Of a stretch of 64,000 nt of DNA, positions 60,041-64,000 are shown one piece after another. The notes beneath the pieces were generated by a model. It did no database searches and was not told the origin of the DNA. It was given only the letters and a program-made list of their open reading frames with translations. Source of the DNA: Lama glama. Lineage: Eukaryota. Each line of letters starts with the position of its first letter. The stretch's first letter is position 1. The stretch spans positions 29,822,001 through 29,886,000 of the forward strand of contig CM052840.1 of the NCBI GenBank assembly GCA_028534125.1. Direction: 5' to 3'. A program made the translations under genes and the position numbers.

Positions 60041-60968
60041 GGGTGCCCAAGGGGTGCCTGCCTCCCACAGAGGCCGGAGGGTTCATGAGACCTTGAGGAA
60101 GAGGGCTCGCTGGGCGCGGCGCCTGGAGGATGAATGCAGGAATCTTTATCCTGCTGCCGAGCAAACCCACTAGTGGGGACTCCCGGCCTCATTCGTCCCC
60201 ACGGCTCCCTGAGAGCAGGGCTGCATCTCATGCCCCACACCCGCCCCTCACTCCTCCGTGTGCGCCCAGCCCTCAGCACATGGCGGGCACCACACTCAGC
60301 ACACATGGACCTCTAGCCACCTCCTTGATGGACGGTTCTTGTGCTGGGAGCACGATCGTGACGTGAGAACCAGGACTTCCCGAGTAGGTTGTGATTAGCC
60401 TCCTCCTCCCATCCATCGGCTGACCCTGGTTCTAGCCTCCAGGACAGTCTGCACACAGGGGTGTGGCTCTTCATGCCTGCCCCCCTGCAGCTCTTTGAGG
60501 ACAGCATTTCTCCTGCTCACCTTGCCTTTCCCGAGTCCAGCACCCCCAGATGCTCGACCATCTGCACCATCCCCAGTCCACCTCCAGCTCACCATCTGTC
60601 TCAGGAAGTCTTCCCTCTTAGTGCCTGGTTTTCCCAGCTGGACACGGAGTCACAGCGGTGGGCGGCCAGTGTGGAGATGCACGTGACCCCTGCCCCCAAG
60701 CCTCCACCCTGACTCTAGGCCATGCTGAGCTCGAGGGCTGCCTGGGGGGGACACAGGAAGAGCAAGGCTCAGGTGTAAAGGGTCTCACCGCAGATAAGCC
60801 ACATGTGGATAATAGGGAGCTGACCACATTTACCCTGGGGCCGCCAGGATGCCGTGCCCAGCAGACTGTGTTGGGCGGGATGACGTCTCGGCGGGCAGGC
60901 ATTTGGAGAAAAGTGAGGCTTGGCTCACACCAAGACCAGGGCCCGAGCCGGTTTCTGGTCCCCCTCAG

Positions 60969-61049
60969 ATGACCTGGACCCGGACGAGCTCCCGCTTGAG
61001 ATGGAGGATGCCAGGCCACACCGCAGTGTCCAGTGCAGTCCTCTTCCAG
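60969..61049 (+). CDS. LGR6: LGR6 exon 17 (81 nt, hinge: DLDPDELPLEMEDARPHRSVQCSPLP)
   Basis: cccctcag acceptor, gtgagg donor, phase 1-1, VQCSP motif. Confidence 0.95.
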
Positions 61050-61729
61050 GTGAGGTGGGGAGGGCAGGGGCTGGGGGAGGGGGGCTCTTTGATGAGTTCA
61101 GCCCGGGGCCGGGCCTGCTGGAGGAGGACAGCCCCCTCTGGTCATTCCTGGGGAAGGGGCTGGAGTTCCGTCCCTTGGGTGGCTGCTTGGGGGAGTGGCT
61201 GTGGAGGAGGGGAGTCAAAGCAACAGTCACAAATCACCAGTGAGGGCTCATACACTGCGAGAAGCAGGGAGGATGTCTTGGCCCCACTGCTCCCTCTGTC
61301 TGAGGCTGAGTCCTGGGGCTCCACGAGCCCTGCGGGACCCCTGGTCTGCCGTCTCTCGTGCTTACAGCCCTCTGGCTGTAAGACTGCATGGTGTCCCTGG
61401 GTAGCTTGGCCCAGCACTGCCTGCCCCCTGCAGCCGACCTAAATCTGTCTTGCTGTCGGGAGAGAGAAAATTCTCCTCCTGGGCACAGCCCACCCTCTGT
61501 TTAGCGTGATGCCCCCTCCCGTGGGTACAAACCGCCGCGGGCCGCCCCGAAGGGCAGGATAGGATCCGCTCAGGAGAAGCAGAGGGCAGTGGCCGACGTC
61601 CCTCCCGCCCTTTCCAGTCCATCCCCTCCACCCCAGCGGGGCCCCTCGAAGGCCCCCAGCACCTGCGCTCCGCGCTCGGCGGCTGCAGCGCGCCCTCTAG
61701 TGCCAGCGGCGGCAAGCGCACCTGGAGGG

Positions 61730-62140
61730 CAGGTGGGGCTTCCAGGCCTGGAACCCAGGGGTTGCATCGCTGAAAACCCGTGGGGTCACGAAGCTCCGAG
61801 AGACAAACTCACTCGCAATCGCCTTCACAATAGCCAAATTAATTCCGGTGCGTGTACTTTCACGGCACAGACGCCTGAAACAGGCGTTTGAGGAACGTGA
61901 GACGTGGGAAACTGTGCATAATAAAACTTTAACTTAAAAAAGAGCATAGGGAGCTATACACAGTGAAGTCCCGATTTAGTTTAAAACCTGTATGTGCATG
62001 TGTGTTTTAAAAATGCTGATAGGAAACAGCAGAACGATGAGTTTTCGCCAAGGGGCAGAATCATAAGAGGCTTAATTTTTCCGTGCTACGTTTCCCAATT
62101 TTTCTACAGCTGCCATCTATTATTTGGTAATCAAGGGGGA
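61730..62140 (+). mobile_element. Ancient L1ME-like 3' end remnant
   Basis: A-rich tract with TTCACAATAGCCAAA and TTTCCCAATTTTTCTACA...TATTATTTGGTAATCA, typical of L1ME 3' ends. Confidence 0.55.
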
Positions 62141-62728
62141 AATATGCTTAAGAAATAGCTTCCACAAAAGCCTCTCAAATTCCTAAGCTGCCGAGCAGCA
62201 CACTGAAGAACAAGGGTCTAAGGTCAAAAGCAGGGAGGAAACGGCGTGTCCAGAGCTACAGGAGGCCCCCTTACTCTGACTTGCCCAGCAGGCTTTGCCT
62301 CCCAGGACGACTGGGTCGGGAGCGTTGAACGTGGCTGCAGAGGCAGAGAGGCCCCTGGGGCCGCTGCCTGGTGGGGCCCGGCACCCCTGGCTCCCCCGTG
62401 GGTCTCCCCAGCCTGTCCCCAGGGCTGGTGCCTCTGCACTCCTCAGGCCAGCCGTCCTGTCCTTTCTTCCAGACACTGCTCCGTGGGGGGACTTCTTTCC
62501 CTACCCTCTCCTCCGGGCGGGGCTTGTGCTGCCTGTCTGTGCTGTTGCGTGTGGTCTGGACTGCGCGCACGTTTCTCTCATGCTGTTTTCCATACGTCCT
62601 GGGTGAGCGAACCCCCCTGCAGCTCCGTGGAAGACCTCCTTGTGTCCCCACTATTCCCCCAGCCCCGCCCCCCAGAAGGCAGAGGCTGCGCTGCGCCCAG
62701 GACGAGCGTGCGGTTCTCTCTCCCGTAG

Positions 62729-63957
62729 GCCCCCTCAAGCCCTGCGAGCACCTGTTCGGGAGCTGGGGCATCCGCCTGGCCGTGTGGGCCGTTGTGCTGC
62801 TCTCGCTGCTCTGTAACGGGCTGGTGCTGCTGAGCGTGTTCGCGGGCGGGCCTGGCCCCCTGCCCCCGGACAAGTTTGTGGTGGGGGCCATCGCGGGCGC
62901 CAACACCTTGACCGGCCTCTCCTGTGGCCTCCTCGCCTCCGTCGACGCCTTGACCTTCGGCCGGTTTGCAGAGTATGGCGCCCACTGGGAGGTGGGGCTG
63001 GGCTGCCAGGCCACGGGCTTCCTGGCCGTGCTGGGGTCAGAGGCCTCTGTGCTGCTGCTGACTCTGGCGGCCGTGCACTGCAGCGCGGCCGTGTCCTGCG
63101 TGCGGGCCCACGGGAAGGCGCCCTCTCCTGGCAGCGTGCGGGCGGGGGCCCTGGGCTGCCTGTTGCTGGCAGGACTGGCAGCCACCCTGCCGCTGGCTTC
63201 CATTGGGGAGTATGGGACCTCCCCGCTCTGCCTGCCCTACACCCCACCCGACGGCCAGCCCACTGCCCTGGGCTTTGCTGTGGCCCTGGTGATGCTCAAC
63301 TCCTTCTGTTTCCTGGTGGTGGCCGCCGCCTACGTCAAGCTCTCCTGCAACCTGCCCAGGGGTGACCTGGAGGCTGTGTGGGACTGCGCCACCGTGCGCC
63401 ACGTGGCCTGGCTCACCTTCGCTGACGGGCTCCTCTACTGCCCCGTGGCTTTCCTCAGCTCCGCCTCCGCGCTGGGCCTCTTCCCAGTCACCCCCGAGGC
63501 CATCAAGGCCGTCCTGCTGGTGGTGCTGCCACTGCCCGCCTGTCTCAACCCCCTGCTGTACCTGCTCTTCAGTCCCCGCGTCCGGGAGGACCTGCGGTGG
63601 CTGCGGCTCTGCCTGGGGGCCCCCGGTCCCCTCCCCTACACGGCCGCGGGCAAGCTGGAGCAGAGCTCCTGCGACTCCACCCAGGCCTTGGTGGCCTTCT
63701 CCGATGTGGATCTCGTCCTGGCCGCCCCTGAGGCCAGGCCGCACCCCGGGCTGGAGACCTATGGCCTCCCCCCAGTGACCCTTGCCTCCCGCCGGCAGCC
63801 AGGGGGCCACTTTGCAGAGCCGGTGGAAACCTGCTTTGGGAACCGGCCACTCTCCACGGACGGACTGCTTCTGGGAGCTGAGGGGGCTGTGCCGGTGGGC
63901 GGGGGCTGGTCAGGGGGCAGGGGCTTCTCTGGCTCGGCCTTTGCCTCACACTTATAA
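62729..63957 (+). CDS. LGR6: LGR6 exon 18 coding part (7TM domain and C-tail, ends ...AFASHL-stop)
   Basis: tctctcccgtag acceptor; seven hydrophobic helices; NPLLY (NPxxY) motif; TAA at 63955-63957; corresponds to the 3' part of ORF 62371..63957. Confidence 0.97.
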
Positions 63958-64000
63958 ATGTTTTAAATGTCTCCCCCCACACCCTGCTTCTGTCCCCTCT

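Larger units (their letters stand above)
2175..63957 (+). other. LGR6: LGR6 gene body (coding exons 3-18; 5'-partial, exons 1-2 outside window)
   Basis: 16 exons with canonical AG/GT ends splice into one open frame (2590 nt including stop) encoding LRRs, hinge and a class A 7TM domain. The sequence closely matches human LGR6 as I recall it (e.g. [51 protein letters not shown]-terminal AFASH-hydrophobic). Confidence 0.97.

Noticed and set aside
62371-62728. 119-codon in-frame extension upstream of exon 18 (start of ORF 62371..63957), suggesting a stand-alone 7TM protein
   Set aside because: It starts at GTG with no in-frame ATG and has no recognisable homology. The true acceptor is at 62727-62728. 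The cryptic acceptor at 62471-62472 is in the wrong phase for intron 17.
62271-63810. Long antisense ORFs (310 aa, 257 aa) over exon 18
   Set aside because: Shadow ORFs expected opposite a high-GC3 coding exon; no independent protein features.
2175-63957. LGR6 as a pseudogene given its many substitutions
   Set aside because: All splice sites are canonical, all indels keep the frame, there are no premature stops, and ligand-binding motifs are intact.

Overview
This is vertebrate (mammalian) genomic DNA, not prokaryotic. The window is almost entirely the body of LGR6, the leucine-rich-repeat GPCR that binds R-spondin and potentiates Wnt signalling, on the + strand. I can trace 16 coding exons (exons 3-18 in human numbering) from 2175 to the TAA at 63955-63957. 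All have GT-AG introns and join into one uninterrupted frame of 2590 nt. Exons 1-2 lie upstream of the window. A tRNA-derived SINE with a perfect 17-bp target-site duplication resembles camelid Vic-1, suggesting a camel/alpaca-type genome. The introns hold old L1, L2, MIR, MLT1 and MER fragments, several simple repeats and one 100-N assembly gap. Nearly all ORFs in the supplied track are artefacts of high GC content. I see no evidence of a wholly new biological system. The most interesting signals are these: (1) an apparent region-wide AT-to-GC drift, visible in fossil repeats and in the 7TM exon; (2) non-conservative changes at normally conserved receptor positions, including FKPCE to LKPCE in the p10-equivalent motif and TM6/helix 8 changes, while the R-spondin-binding LRR face is intact; (3) candidate TCF/LEF-containing intronic enhancers. 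Comparisons with human LGR6 and repeat consensus sequences come from memory and need alignment to confirm.
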